32,000 nt of DNA from Caedimonas varicaedens (GCA_001192655.1 BBVC01000023.1:1-32000), one strand, 5' to 3'; counted from the first letter of the stretch, positions 22,086 through 31,848 are shown. Numbers and translations: made by a program. Notes: a model not told the origin generated them from the letters alone.

Positions 22086-23990
22086 TTGATATATAGTCGT
22101 ATCAAAGCAAAAAAGATACAAGCTGTTATTCTTTTTTGGACACTTCTTTTGCTTTTTTTCTCAGCAATAACAACACTTAGCTACACATATATCAATAATA
22201 AAAAGTCAATTTTAAGGCAGTCCGAAGATTTTATAAAAGAAACATCTAAAGGATTTGTAAAAGACACAATGGACTATTTCCTCGAAGTCGAGAAACTTGC
22301 AAAGATTTTAGCACCCCTCTTTAAGGAAGAAGATTTCACAAACAATGTAAATCACCCGAAAATATTTTCTTTACTGGAAACGGTTAATCTATATCCTCAA
22401 ATTACAAGTTTATACTTTGGTTATGATACTGGATATTTCCTTGCGGTGTTTATGACACAAAAAGGCGCGCAATTCAGAACCAGCGATAATCTTCTGCCCA
22501 GTTCAATTATAAGTGCCCTCAGAATTATAAAAGAGAAAGGAGATAGGCTCATTGAAGAATGGTATTATTTTAACAATGAAGAAGAACAGATAAGATCGGA
22601 GATTGTTGAAGCAACAACTTATGATCCGCGAGATAGAAGCTGGTATAAAGCTGCGAGTAAAAGCTTAAATACTGAATGGAGCGATGTATATGTTTTTATT
22701 GGAAGCATCAAAGAACCAGGAATTACTGTATCCTATCCTATTTTACTAAATAAAAATGCTACCTTAAAAGGGGTGATTGCCGTAGATATTTCCATAAAAA
22801 ATCTATCTAAATTCTTGGCAAGCAATAAGTTTACGCCAAATTTAAAGTCTTACATAATTAATGATAAACAAGAAATCATTGCTACATCTGATCCCATTAA
22901 TAATATAGTTTTCGGTAACAATGATTTTAAGGTGCTAAGTATAAACGAAATGGGAGATTGTATTTTAAAATACACAGATCAATTATATAGAGAAAAAAAT
23001 AAAAGTGAAAATATTATTAAATTTGAATATAAAAATGTCGATTATTATGCAGTATATACTGATTTTCCCTCAACATTTATGAAGAACTGGAAAATTGTTC
23101 TGATATATCCTCTGGATGATTTTATTAAAGAGATTAAAGAGAATAATAAAGAGTCTTTATTAATCTCTTTACTTATCCTTATTTTTTCCTCTTTTCTGAT
23201 GGTGTTGGTTGCGAGAAGAATTTCTCGCCCTATTATACAACTTTCAAAAGAAGCTGAGAAAATTAGGGAATTCAAACTTTTCGATAATATATCCGTACAA
23301 ACAAGTATCAAAGAGATACAAACCCTTGCACATTCTATGGAAAATATGAAGACTAGTTTCGGATCTTTTGCAAAATATGTTCCCCATACTTTAGTATCAA
23401 AACTTGTCCGTAAAAATCAAAGCATCCAAATTGGAGGAAAAATAAAAGAAATTACTTTATTATTTACAGATATCACTGATTTCACGTCTGTATCCGAACC
23501 TATTTCAGCGGATAAAGTAGCTACTTATCTTTCCGATTACTTCGATGAACTGACCAAAATCATCATGCACACAGAAGGTACTATTGATAAATATATAGGC
23601 GATTCCATTATGGCTTTCTGGGGCGCTCCCATTCCGGATAAAAATAATTCTTTTAATGCTTGTCTTGCTGCTCTTCTTTGCCAAAAGAAACTGATAGAGA
23701 TCAACGCACTCTGGCATCACGATCATAAACCGGTCTTCAAAACACGTTTTGGAATTCATACAGGAGAAGCCGTTGTAGGTAATATTGGTTCGTCTGAAAG
23801 AATGAATTACACAGCGATAGGCGATAACGTTAATTTATGCTCTCGTTTGGAAGGATTAAATAAAATATATGGAACTCAAATTATTATTAGTGAAACAGTT
23901 TATGATCGCGTTAAAAATAAATTTTTAACGCGTCCGTTAGACTGGGTGGAAGTTAAGGGAAAAACCCAACCTATCAAAATATTTGAATTA
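22086..23990 (+). pseudogene. Membrane sensor adenylate/guanylate cyclase (Cache-like periplasmic domain, HAMP, class III cyclase), 5-prime 635 codons
   Basis: TTG start with an AGGAAG RBS. Motifs LLFTDITDFTS, IGDSIMAFWGAP and GIHTGEAVVGNIGS..R..YTAIGDNVNLCSRLE. It is cut by the IS630 insertion at the TA at 23989-23990. Confidence 0.85.
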
Positions 23991-24239
23991 TAGCTAAAAA
24001 CCTTTAAAATGGTTATATTATGGATAATTTTTAAGAGGATTATTCCATGACCTATTCATTAGATTTTAGACTTCGTGTTTTATCTGTAAAAAAGAAGAAA
24101 AATTTGAGTTTTGCTGAAACGGCGGATCTCTTTGGTGTTGGAGTGACCAGTCTTGTCAGATGGGTCAAGAAGCCTGAGCCTCAGACACATCGTCATAAAC
24201 CAGCCACTAAGCTTAATATGGATGCCCTTAAAGAAGATA
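23991..24239 (+). mobile_element. IS630-family 5-prime fragment (element positions 1-249)
   Basis: Identical to the start of the canonical copy, up to the TA at 24238-24239, where a further copy begins. Confidence 0.85.
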
Positions 24240-25147
24240 TAGCTAAAAACCTTTAAAATGGTTATATTATGGATAATTTTTAAGAGGATTATTCCATGAC
24301 CTATTCATTAGTATTTTAGTACTTCGTGTTTTATCTGTAAAAAAAGTAAGAAAAATTTGAGTTTTGCTGAAACGGCGGATCTCTTTGGTGTTGGAGTGAC
24401 CAGTCTTGTCAGATGGGTCAAGAAGCCTGAGCCTCAGACACATCGTCATAAACCAGCCACTAAGCTTAATATGGATGCCCTTAAAGAAGATATACAGCTT
24501 TATCCTGATGCTTATCAGTACGAGAGAGCAGAACGTCTTGGTGTGAGCTCTATGGGGATATGGCACGCTTTAAAACGCTTGAATGTGACCTATAAAAAAA
24601 ACGCTCAAACATCCCAAGGCCGATCCAGAAAAGCGTGCTACTTTTTGTCAAGAGCTGAAAGCTTATGAAGAAGCAGGGCATCCTATCATTTCTCTTGATG
24701 AATCTGGATTTGCACACCATATGCCACGCACTCATGGTTATTCTCCAAAAGGAAAGAGATGTGAGGGGATTCATGATTGGGGAGCAAAGGGACGAACGAA
24801 TGTCATCGGCGCCTTATTCCAAGGTCTGCTATTGACCGTGAGCTTGTTCTGCTTCTCGATTAATACCGAGGTGTTTACACAATGGATCATTGACGATTTA
24901 CTTCCGAAACTGCCTCCTAAAAGCGTCCTTATTTTGGATAATGCCACCTTTCATAAGGGAAAAGCGATGCAAAAAGCAATTGCTGAGGCAGGGCATATCG
25001 TGCTGTATCTGCCTCCTTATTCTCCAGACTTTAATCCCATCGAGCATAAATGGGCACAAGCAAAAGCAATTAGACGCAAAAAAAGGTGTTCTATCGAGCA
25101 ATTATTTCAGGATAATAAAATATGACCGTTTTATATGTTGTTAGCTA
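24240..25147 (+). mobile_element. IS630-family element, copy 3b (908 bp, four 1-nt insertions near the 5-prime end)
   Basis: It begins TAGCTAAAAACC immediately after the TA of the fragment. Extra bases lie in 24305-24350. The right end is followed by TA (25148-25149) and the cyclase 3-prime part. Confidence 0.85.
24296..25125 (+). pseudogene. IS630-family transposase, copy 3b, N-terminus disrupted
   Basis: cattagTattttagTacttcg and aaaaaaAgTaag differ from the canonical sequence. The ORF only reopens at 24357. Confidence 0.7.
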
Positions 25148-25395
25148 TAATAGCAAAATTTGATGGAGATACAGCTCTCCTCCCTTCTGAAGGACAGGCA
25201 GAATTCTGTCATCAGTTCGAAAAAGCCTACAATTTATTTTTCAATAAGGGATGGATAGAAGCTCTTGCTCTCTTCGAGTCCCTGAATGATACGCATGATA
25301 AATCGGTTCTTTTATATATAGAGCGTTGTAAACGATTGATCGCAGATCCTCCAGGGCAGGATTGGAATGGAATAACTCATCTTCAAGAAAAGTAA
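25148..25395 (+). pseudogene. Adenylate cyclase, 3-prime 81 codons
   Basis: After IS removal the frame reads ...PIKIFEL|IAKFDGDTALLP... . The tail ends PPGQDWNGITHLQEK. Confidence 0.75.
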
Positions 25396-26595
25396 GTAAA
25401 TTGACGGATAATCATCTAGAAAATATGGAAGATATCTATAGATATTTTCAAAATTTTTTTAAACCCCCAAACGAGCTTCGCATTGGGGTAGAACATGAGT
25501 TCTTCATGTTTAATCAAAATTTGGAAAGAGTAACTTATAATAATATGCCTCTTTCCATTCAGGATATATTTACTACGATTAAAAATCGTGGATGGAACTG
25601 GAGCCCTTATTACGAATATCAACATACGATTGAACTTACCAAAGGCGGTGATAAATTTTCTTTAGAAGCAGGGGGACAACTTGAGTTTTCAAGTGCAGCT
25701 GTCCATAATATTCATGAAATAAGTCAACAATTGCAAAATAATATTGAATTCGTAAAAAATATTACCAACAATCAGCTTATTTTAGTTGGCGTTGGATATG
25801 ATCCTAAAACATATGTAAAAAATATTCGTACCATTCCAAAAAAGCGATATGAGTATATGTTGAATTACCTTTCATACAAGGGAGAGAATGGCTATGATAT
25901 GCTTCATTCAACTGCCTCAATTCAGGCAAGTTTGGACTATAGATCAGAAGAGGATCTTATAAAAAAATTACGGGTCTCAACTGCTTTACAACCTATTGTT
26001 GGTTTGTTATTTGCGTGTTCTCCCATTGTAGAGGAAAAGATAACTTCTTACCAAAGCTATCGAAACTATATATGGACTGATGTTGATCAGCAAAGGAGCG
26101 GAATTTCTCCTTTTATATGCAATTCAAAAATGAATCTAGAATATTATATAAATTATATTCTAGATATTCCAATGATCTTTATTATACGTAATGGCAGTTA
26201 TATTGATCCTCAAGGTCAGACTTTTAGAGATTTTTTAAAAGGTTCATTAAGGATTTTACCACAAGAAAAGCCTACTACCGAAGATTTAACCTTTCATCTC
26301 TCTACTCTCTATTCAGATGTTCGTCTAAAAAGTGTTCTTGAGATGAGAGGAGCAGACAGTTGTCCATTCCCTTACTTGCAATCTCTAGCAGCATTTTGGG
26401 TGGGTCTTCTCTATCAAGATGAGGTTTTATCCTCCATTTTTGATCTTATTGATGATTGGGCAGAAGATGATTACAAATTCTTACGCATGCATGTACCTAT
26501 AAGTGGTTTTAGAACTGTCTTTAGAGGAAAGTCTATCCATTCATTTGTAGAAAACGTTCTTGATTTGTCAAAAACTGGCTTAGAAAAGCGAAATA
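25362..26595 (+). pseudogene. gshA: Glutamate-cysteine ligase, plant/alphaproteobacterial GCS2 type, 5-prime part
   Basis: IGVEHEFF, GGQLEFSSAAV, TASIQASLDY and SDVRLKSVLEMRGAD. It is cut at the TA at 26594-26595. The true start may be M22 (25425). Confidence 0.8.
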
Positions 26596-27499
26596 TAGCT
26601 AACAACATATAAAACGGTCATATTTTATTATCCTGAAATAATTGCTCGATAGAACACCTTTTTTTGCGTCTAATTGCTTTTGCTTGTGCCCATTTATGCT
26701 CGATGGGATTAAAGTCTGGAGAATAAGGAGGCAGATACAGCACGATATGCCCTGCCTCAGCAATTGCTTTTTGCATCGCTTTTCCCTTATGAAAGGTGGC
26801 ATTATCCAAAATAAGGACGCTTTTAGGAGGCAGTTTCGGAAGTAAATCGTCAATGATCCATTGTGTAAACACCTCGGTATTAATCGAGAAGCAGAACAAG
26901 CTCACGGTCAATAGCAGACCTTGGAATAAGGCGCCGATGACATTCGTTCGTCCCTTTGCTCCCCAATCATGAATCCCCTCACATCTCTTTCCTTTTGGAG
27001 AATAACCATGAGTGCGTGGCATATGGTGTGCAAATCCAGATTCATCAAGAGAAATGATAGGATGCCCTGCTTCTTCATAAGCTTTCAGCTCTTGACAAAA
27101 AGTAGCACGCTTTTCTGGATCGGCCTTGGGATGTTTGAGCGTTTTTTTTATAGGTCACATTCAAGCGTTTTAAAGCGTGCCATATCCCCATAGAGCTCAC
27201 ACCAAGACGTTCTGCTCTCTCGTACTGATAAGCATCAGGATAAAGCTGTATATCTTCTTTAAGGGCATCCATATTAAGCTTAGTGGCTGGTTTATGACGA
27301 TGTGTCTGAGGCTCAGGCTTCTTGACCCATCTGACAAGACTGGTCACTCCAACACCAAAGAGATCCGCCGTTTCAGCAAAACTCAAATTTTTCTTCTTTT
27401 TTACAGATAAAACACGAAGTCTAAAATCTAATGAATAGGTCATGGAATAATCCTCTTAAAAATTATCCATAATATAACCATTTTAAAGGTTTTTAGCTA
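26596..27499 (-). mobile_element. IS630-family element, copy 4 (904 bp)
   Basis: Same inverted repeats. TA duplication at 26594-26595 and 27500-27501. Confidence 0.9.
26618..27443 (-). CDS. IS630-family DDE transposase (orfA + orfB joined at an A8 run)
   Basis: Translations are identical to copy 2. Confidence 0.75.
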
Positions 27500-27653
27500 T
27501 ATAATGAATAAGAACGGCAACACCGAAGCCATATACCTCTCTCCTCTGAATCAAATCGTTCAATCTAGAGAAACATTATCTGATCAAATGAATAATGATT
27601 ATAAAAAATTGGACTTTAATACAGATAATTTAATAAGAAAGTGGGCTTATTAA
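27500..27653 (+). pseudogene. gshA: Glutamate-cysteine ligase, 3-prime 50 codons
   Basis: The rejoined frame reads ...EKRNI|MNKNGNTEAIYLSPLNQIVQSRETLSDQMNNDYKKLDFNTDNLIRKWAY*. Confidence 0.7.
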
Positions 27654-27715
27654 GCTTCTTTGTATTGTTTGAAACTTCTCAAAAAAAGAAGCTTGACTAA
27701 CATTACAGATGCTGA

Positions 27716-27863
27716 GGTTATGTGGGCGATACTGTGCTGGATCCGTTTGCGGGTAAGTGGTACGACTATACTGGAAATCCTCTGGAGAGCGTATAGTTTG
27801 GAAATTGATCCACATTATCTCGCTCTTGTTCTTGGATTGACAAGCAACCAGACTTTTCATTAG
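27716..27863 (+). pseudogene. C-terminal remnant of a beta-class (N4C/N6A) DNA methyltransferase
   Basis: VGDTVLDPFAG, then a 1-nt frameshift, then GSGTTILE...SLEIDPHYLAL (motif I, DPFxGSGTT). A stop precedes it and there is no N-terminal half. Confidence 0.5.
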
Positions 27864-27933
27864 GTTGTGTGCACTTATCTAAAGATTGAATAGAAAAAGT
27901 GGTAACGTTCGTTTGTTAAAAAGGAGCGTTAAC

Positions 27934-28083
27934 ATGGATAAGTATTACATAAAATCAGACGATTGGAAAAAGATATATAAATTTTTGCAGTTCCAAAGTG
28001 GCATTCGCGTTAAGAATGAAGCAAAAACAAGGGCATTTGCAGAAGCCATTTATTGTATCATGCGTTTACGAGGTACTTGGCAA
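27934..28083 (+). pseudogene. N-terminal fragment of an IS5-type transposase fused into a chimeric ORF
   Basis: DKYYIKSDDWKKIYKFL...TRAFAEAIYCIMRLRGTWQ resembles the N-terminal DUF4096-like region of IS5 transposases. Confidence 0.4.
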
Positions 28084-28092
28084 TCCTATACC

Positions 28093-28227
28093 TCGCCCTA
28101 CTTAAAAAACCCCATCAAAGCCATTGCCACCTACCATCCCTCATTTCTTTTGCACTCTCCTGGCCAAAAAGCTCAATCCTGGCAAGATATGTTGATGATT
28201 AAGAAGGCTCTTTCGACAGTTGCTTAA
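28093..28227 (+). pseudogene. C-terminal remnant of a family-4 uracil-DNA glycosylase
   Basis: IATYHPSFLLHSPGQKAQSWQDMLMIKKAL matches the HPSxLLRxP...W.DL C-terminal motif. The catalytic N-terminal part is absent. Confidence 0.5.
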
Positions 28228-28315
28228 GAAACTTGAATATTCTTAATCCTTTCTTAATATGTTTTTTTCATACTAGAACCCGTATAGTGAGTATTTAATA
28301 ATTTGGAGACTGAAA

Positions 28316-28696
28316 ATGGATAAAAAACATATCATAGCTGCTGCTGTAATTGTTTCAGCAATTTCATGTAGCGCAGTCTTTGCAGAAAAATGTCCTGATA
28401 TAGGAAACATAGGCGTGGCGGACTTAATCAAAGAAGGCAGAGTATTGGACGATGAGAAGCACACTTGGGTAAGGGGAGACGTGTTTGTTGTTGATGGCAA
28501 AACAGGCCAATTTAAATCATATTATCCCAAAGAACTTTATAGCCAAATCGAAATCGTTGGAGGTCAGGAACTCACTGAACAAACCGATGACTCCGGTACT
28601 TGCATCTATGAAGCAGATATCACAAGACATGAGAGTCAACCAAATCCTAAATTTTATAAGGATAAAGTGCGTGTAAAGGCTACGATACAACGCTGA
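28316..28696 (+). CDS. Small secreted protein of unknown function
   Basis: 126 aa with a GGAGA RBS and a signal peptide MDKKHIIAAAVIVSAISCSAVFA|EK. Confidence 0.6.
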   Translation: MDKKHIIAAAVIVSAISCSAVFAEKCPDIGNIGVADLIKEGRVLDDEKHTWVRGDVFVVDGKTGQFKSYYPKELYSQIEIVGGQELTEQTDDSGTCIYEADITRHESQPNPKFYKDKVRVKATIQR

Positions 28697-28707
28697 AATC
28701 TGACTAT

Positions 28708-28750
28708 AAAACATTGAGACTGGCGTTAGAGTTATGCTCAATGTTTTTAT
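28708..28750 (+). terminator. Probable intrinsic terminator of the 126-aa gene
   Basis: AACATTGAG (28710-28718) pairs with CTCAATGTT (28737-28745) and a T-run follows. The loop is large (18 nt). Confidence 0.4.
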
Positions 28751-29210
28751 ATATACAGAAACCTCTGCAAAAGAGCAGAAGAGTTCGAACACATGCTTTG
28801 AACTCTTTAATTGTTGTAAGTCCTAATCGTAGAAAGCTACATCCATTGACCGAGGTACCGCCGCTCGAGGAGCCAAGCTTATCAGGCTTTTGAGCACCTA
28901 AAGACGACAAATGTGTGTCCGAGCATCCCGGTCTCATGTGATTCTGGGATTGAGGGATGTTTTCTGATTAAATTTCGGGAAATGGAAAAAGAGTACTTTT
29001 TACCCCTTCTCCTACCATCCCACTATCGCCTGTTATTGGGATGGTGCAAATATTCTTTAACCCTTTGTTAAAGACAGTTCTCTAAAATATAAAATAGCAG
29101 TTGAAACAATAGATATTCTGGGAAGCGTTATTTTTGAGTAATTATGTAGGATTATAGATTGAGGAGAGGTTAAGTATTGTTGTAAAGAGCTTCAAAAGCC
29201 GTGTTTCATA

Positions 29211-29360
29211 TTAATGATCCCGGCAATGCTGTGGATCCTTCTTGATGGCAAGACGCTTGCCCATCAAAGGCTCCAACTTTTTAAACAGACGACAGACGTT
29301 GGAATTATGAAGACCAAACAAATGACCGATAAATTCATGAGTAATATAGGTTCGATAATA
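29211..29360 (-). pseudogene. Remnant of a DDE_Tnp_4/HTH_Tnp_4-type transposase N-terminus, split by IS630
   Basis: YYRTYITHEFIGHLFGLHNSNVCRLFKKLEPL... . Its first five codons (MSLLI) lie at 30923-30937 on the far side of the IS630 pair. Confidence 0.45.
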
Positions 29361-30264
29361 TAGCTAAAAACCTTTAAAATGGTTATATTATGGATAATTT
29401 TTAAGAGGATTATTCCATGACCTATTCATTAGATTTTAGACTTCGTGTTTTATCTGTAAAAAAGAAGAAAAATTTGAGTTTTGCTGAAACGGCGGATCTC
29501 TTTGGTGTTGGAGTGACCAGTCTTGTCAGATGGGTCAAGAAGCCTGAGCCTCAGACACATCGTCATAAACCAGCCACTAAGCTTAATATGGATGCCCTTA
29601 AAGAAGATATACAGCTTTATCCTGATGCTTATCAGTACGAGAGAGCAGAACGTCTTGGTGTGAGCTCTATGGGGATATGGCACGCTTTAAAACGCTTGAA
29701 TGTGACCTATAAAAAAAACGCTCAAACATCCCAAGGCCGATCCAGAAAAGCGTGCTACTTTTTGTCAAGAGCTGAAAGCTTATGAAGAAGCAGGGCATCC
29801 TATCATTTCTCTTGATGAATCTGGATTTGCACACCATATGCCACGCACTCATGGTTATTCTCCAAAAGGAAAGAGACGTGAGGGGATTCATGATTGGGGA
29901 GCAAAGGGACGAACGAATGTCATCGGCGCCTTATTCCAAGGTCTGCTATTGACCGTGAGCTTGTTCTGCTTCTCGATTAATACCGAGGTGTTTACACAAT
30001 GGATCATTGACGATTTACTTCCGAAACTGCCTCCTAAAAGCGTCCTTATTTTGGATAATGCCACCTTTCATAAGGGAAAAGCGATGCAAAAAGCAATTGC
30101 TGAGGCAGGGCATATCGTGCTGTATCTGCCTCCTTATTCTCCAGACTTTAATCCCATCGAGCATAAATGGGCACAAGCAAAAGCAATTAGACGCAAAAAA
30201 AGGTGTTCTATCGAGCAATTATTTCAGGATAATAAAATATGACCGTTTTATATGTTGTTAGCTA
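29361..30264 (+). mobile_element. IS630-family element, copy 5 (904 bp)
   Basis: Full-length, with TA at 29359-29360. Its right end abuts TA (30265-30266) and then a 3-prime IS fragment. Confidence 0.9.
29417..30242 (+). CDS. IS630-family DDE transposase (orfA + orfB joined at the A8 run 29711-29718)
   Basis: Same as the other copies except for one substitution in orfB (KGKRREGIH vs KGKRCEGIH). Confidence 0.75.
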
Positions 30265-30920
30265 TATACAGCTTTATTTTTGAAGATTACACAGACGTTG
30301 AGAGAGAACTCTTGGTGTGAGCTCTATGGGGATATGGCACGCTTTAAAACGCTTGAATGTGACCTATAAAAAAAACGCTCAAACATCCCAAGGCCGATCC
30401 AGAAAAGCGTGCTACTTTTTGTCAAGAGCTGAAAGCTTATGAAGAAGCAGGGCATCCTATCATTTCTCTTGATGAATCTGGATTTGCACACCATATGCCA
30501 CGCACTCATGGTTATCTCCAAAAGGAAAGAGATGTGAGGGGATTCATGATTGGGGAGCAAAGGGACGAACGAATGTCATCGGCGCCTTATTCCAAGGTCT
30601 GCTATTGACCGTGAGCTTGTTCTGCTTCTCGATTAATACCGAGGTGTTTACACAATGGATCATTGACGATTTACTTCCGAAACTGCCTCCTAAAAGCGTC
30701 CTTATTTTGGATAATGCCACCTTTCATAAGGGAAAAGCGATGCAAAAAGCAATTGCTGAGGCAGGGCATATCGTGCTGTATCTGCCTCCTTATTCTCCAG
30801 ACTTTAATCCCATCGAGCATAAATGGGCACAAGCAAAAGCAATTAGACGCAAAAAAAGGTGTTCTATCGAGCAATTATTTCAGGATAATAAAATATGACC
30901 GTTTTATATGTTGTTAGCTA
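30265..30920 (+). mobile_element. IS630-family 3-prime fragment (element positions 248-904) with a divergent patch and a 1-nt deletion
   Basis: It starts with TA + tacagctttat. Positions 30276-30308 are diverged from the canonical sequence. ggttatctcc (about 30513) lacks one T. It ends ...gttgttagcta + TA (30921-30922). Confidence 0.85.
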
Positions 30921-31194
30921 TAAATCAAAAGAGACATGACCTGATCTTCAAACGTCTGGAGAACACTCCTTCGTCCTGCTGATTCCTTTAACAATTCGAC
31001 AGACCTTTCACATAAAAGATGAATAAAATTCACATTTTCCTGGAAAGCTTGAATTCACTTGAGCTGGACAAGATATAAACAGGTATCTTCAGGTATATAT
31101 ACGGTTCCGTCTGAGAAGATCTACGGTCTGAAGGCTTTTTGGTATTAAGAGTTATTTTTTGATTCGTAAAGGAGTTATTATATCTCTGTTTAGT

Positions 31195-31313
31195 ATGCCT
31201 GGCGGCGACCGACTCTTCCAGGCCTTAAGACCAAGTACCATAGGCGCTGAGGGTTTTCACTGTCGAGTTCGAGATGGGATCGAGTGTTGGCCCCTCGCTA
31301 TGACGGCCAGGCA
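31195..31313 (-). rRNA. rrf: 5S rRNA
   Basis: The reverse complement reads TGCCTGGCCGTCATAGCGAGGGGCCAACACTCGATCCCATCTCGAACTCGACAGTGAAAACCC...GTCGCCGCCAGGCAT. Helix I pairs, and the conserved CCCATxxCGAACTCG box is present. Confidence 0.9.
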
Positions 31314-31848
31314 AACGAAACAGAGGAGATAGGGAAGAAAGAAACAGAAGCGGACTAACATTTTTCTGATCAAACTATTGCTCTTTAACACCTTGATTTT
31401 CTTAAGACTTGCTTCTGCACGTCATTAAGAAGGATTGAGGAGAAACGAGTCATATACATTTTAAAGTCTGCTTGTATTTTTCTCATCGGCAATACTTTAA
31501 AAAGATTTCACCAAAAAAAGAGCTTTAGAAATTGCTTTTAAGAACGCTATTCTTGCCAGACATTCTTTTTAAGAACCTCTTTTTCGTACATGAGGTTCCA
31601 GGATGATGTCCTTTTTCTGTTCTTTTTTCAGGAAGAGCCTATACCCAAAGGATTTCAAAAGCCGGGCAGGTGAACGAGCGGTGAGTCCCGCGCAGCGTAC
31701 ATAAAGTACGTGAGCAGGAACGAATTCCGACGTCCAACGACCCCATATTTCGAAAGGCAAAGGGTATATAACGTTGGGCAGAGATTTCTTTTGATCAGGG
31801 AGAACGTTTTTTCTCTCTGACGGAAAGTTATCTTCTGATTTCTACGAA

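Noticed and set aside
18781-25147. Inverted IS630 copies bracketing the SBP-DAACS-cyclase genes as a composite transposon.
   Set aside because: The right-hand copy has its own TA duplication inside the cyclase gene, whose two halves lie on either side of it. It is an independent insertion, not the boundary of a mobile unit.
28854-28880. KpnI (GGTACC), XhoI (CTCGAG) and HindIII (AAGCTT) sites within 27 bp, which resembles a cloning-vector polylinker.
   Set aside because: The intervening bases do not match any common MCS that I know, and the surrounding sequence is not vector-like. It is most likely coincidence in a locally GC-richer non-coding stretch.
31569-31760. 63-aa ORF inside the 23S-5S spacer.
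   Set aside because: It lies within an rRNA operon transcript, has no RBS, and has an arginine- and lysine-rich odd composition. It is not credible as coding.
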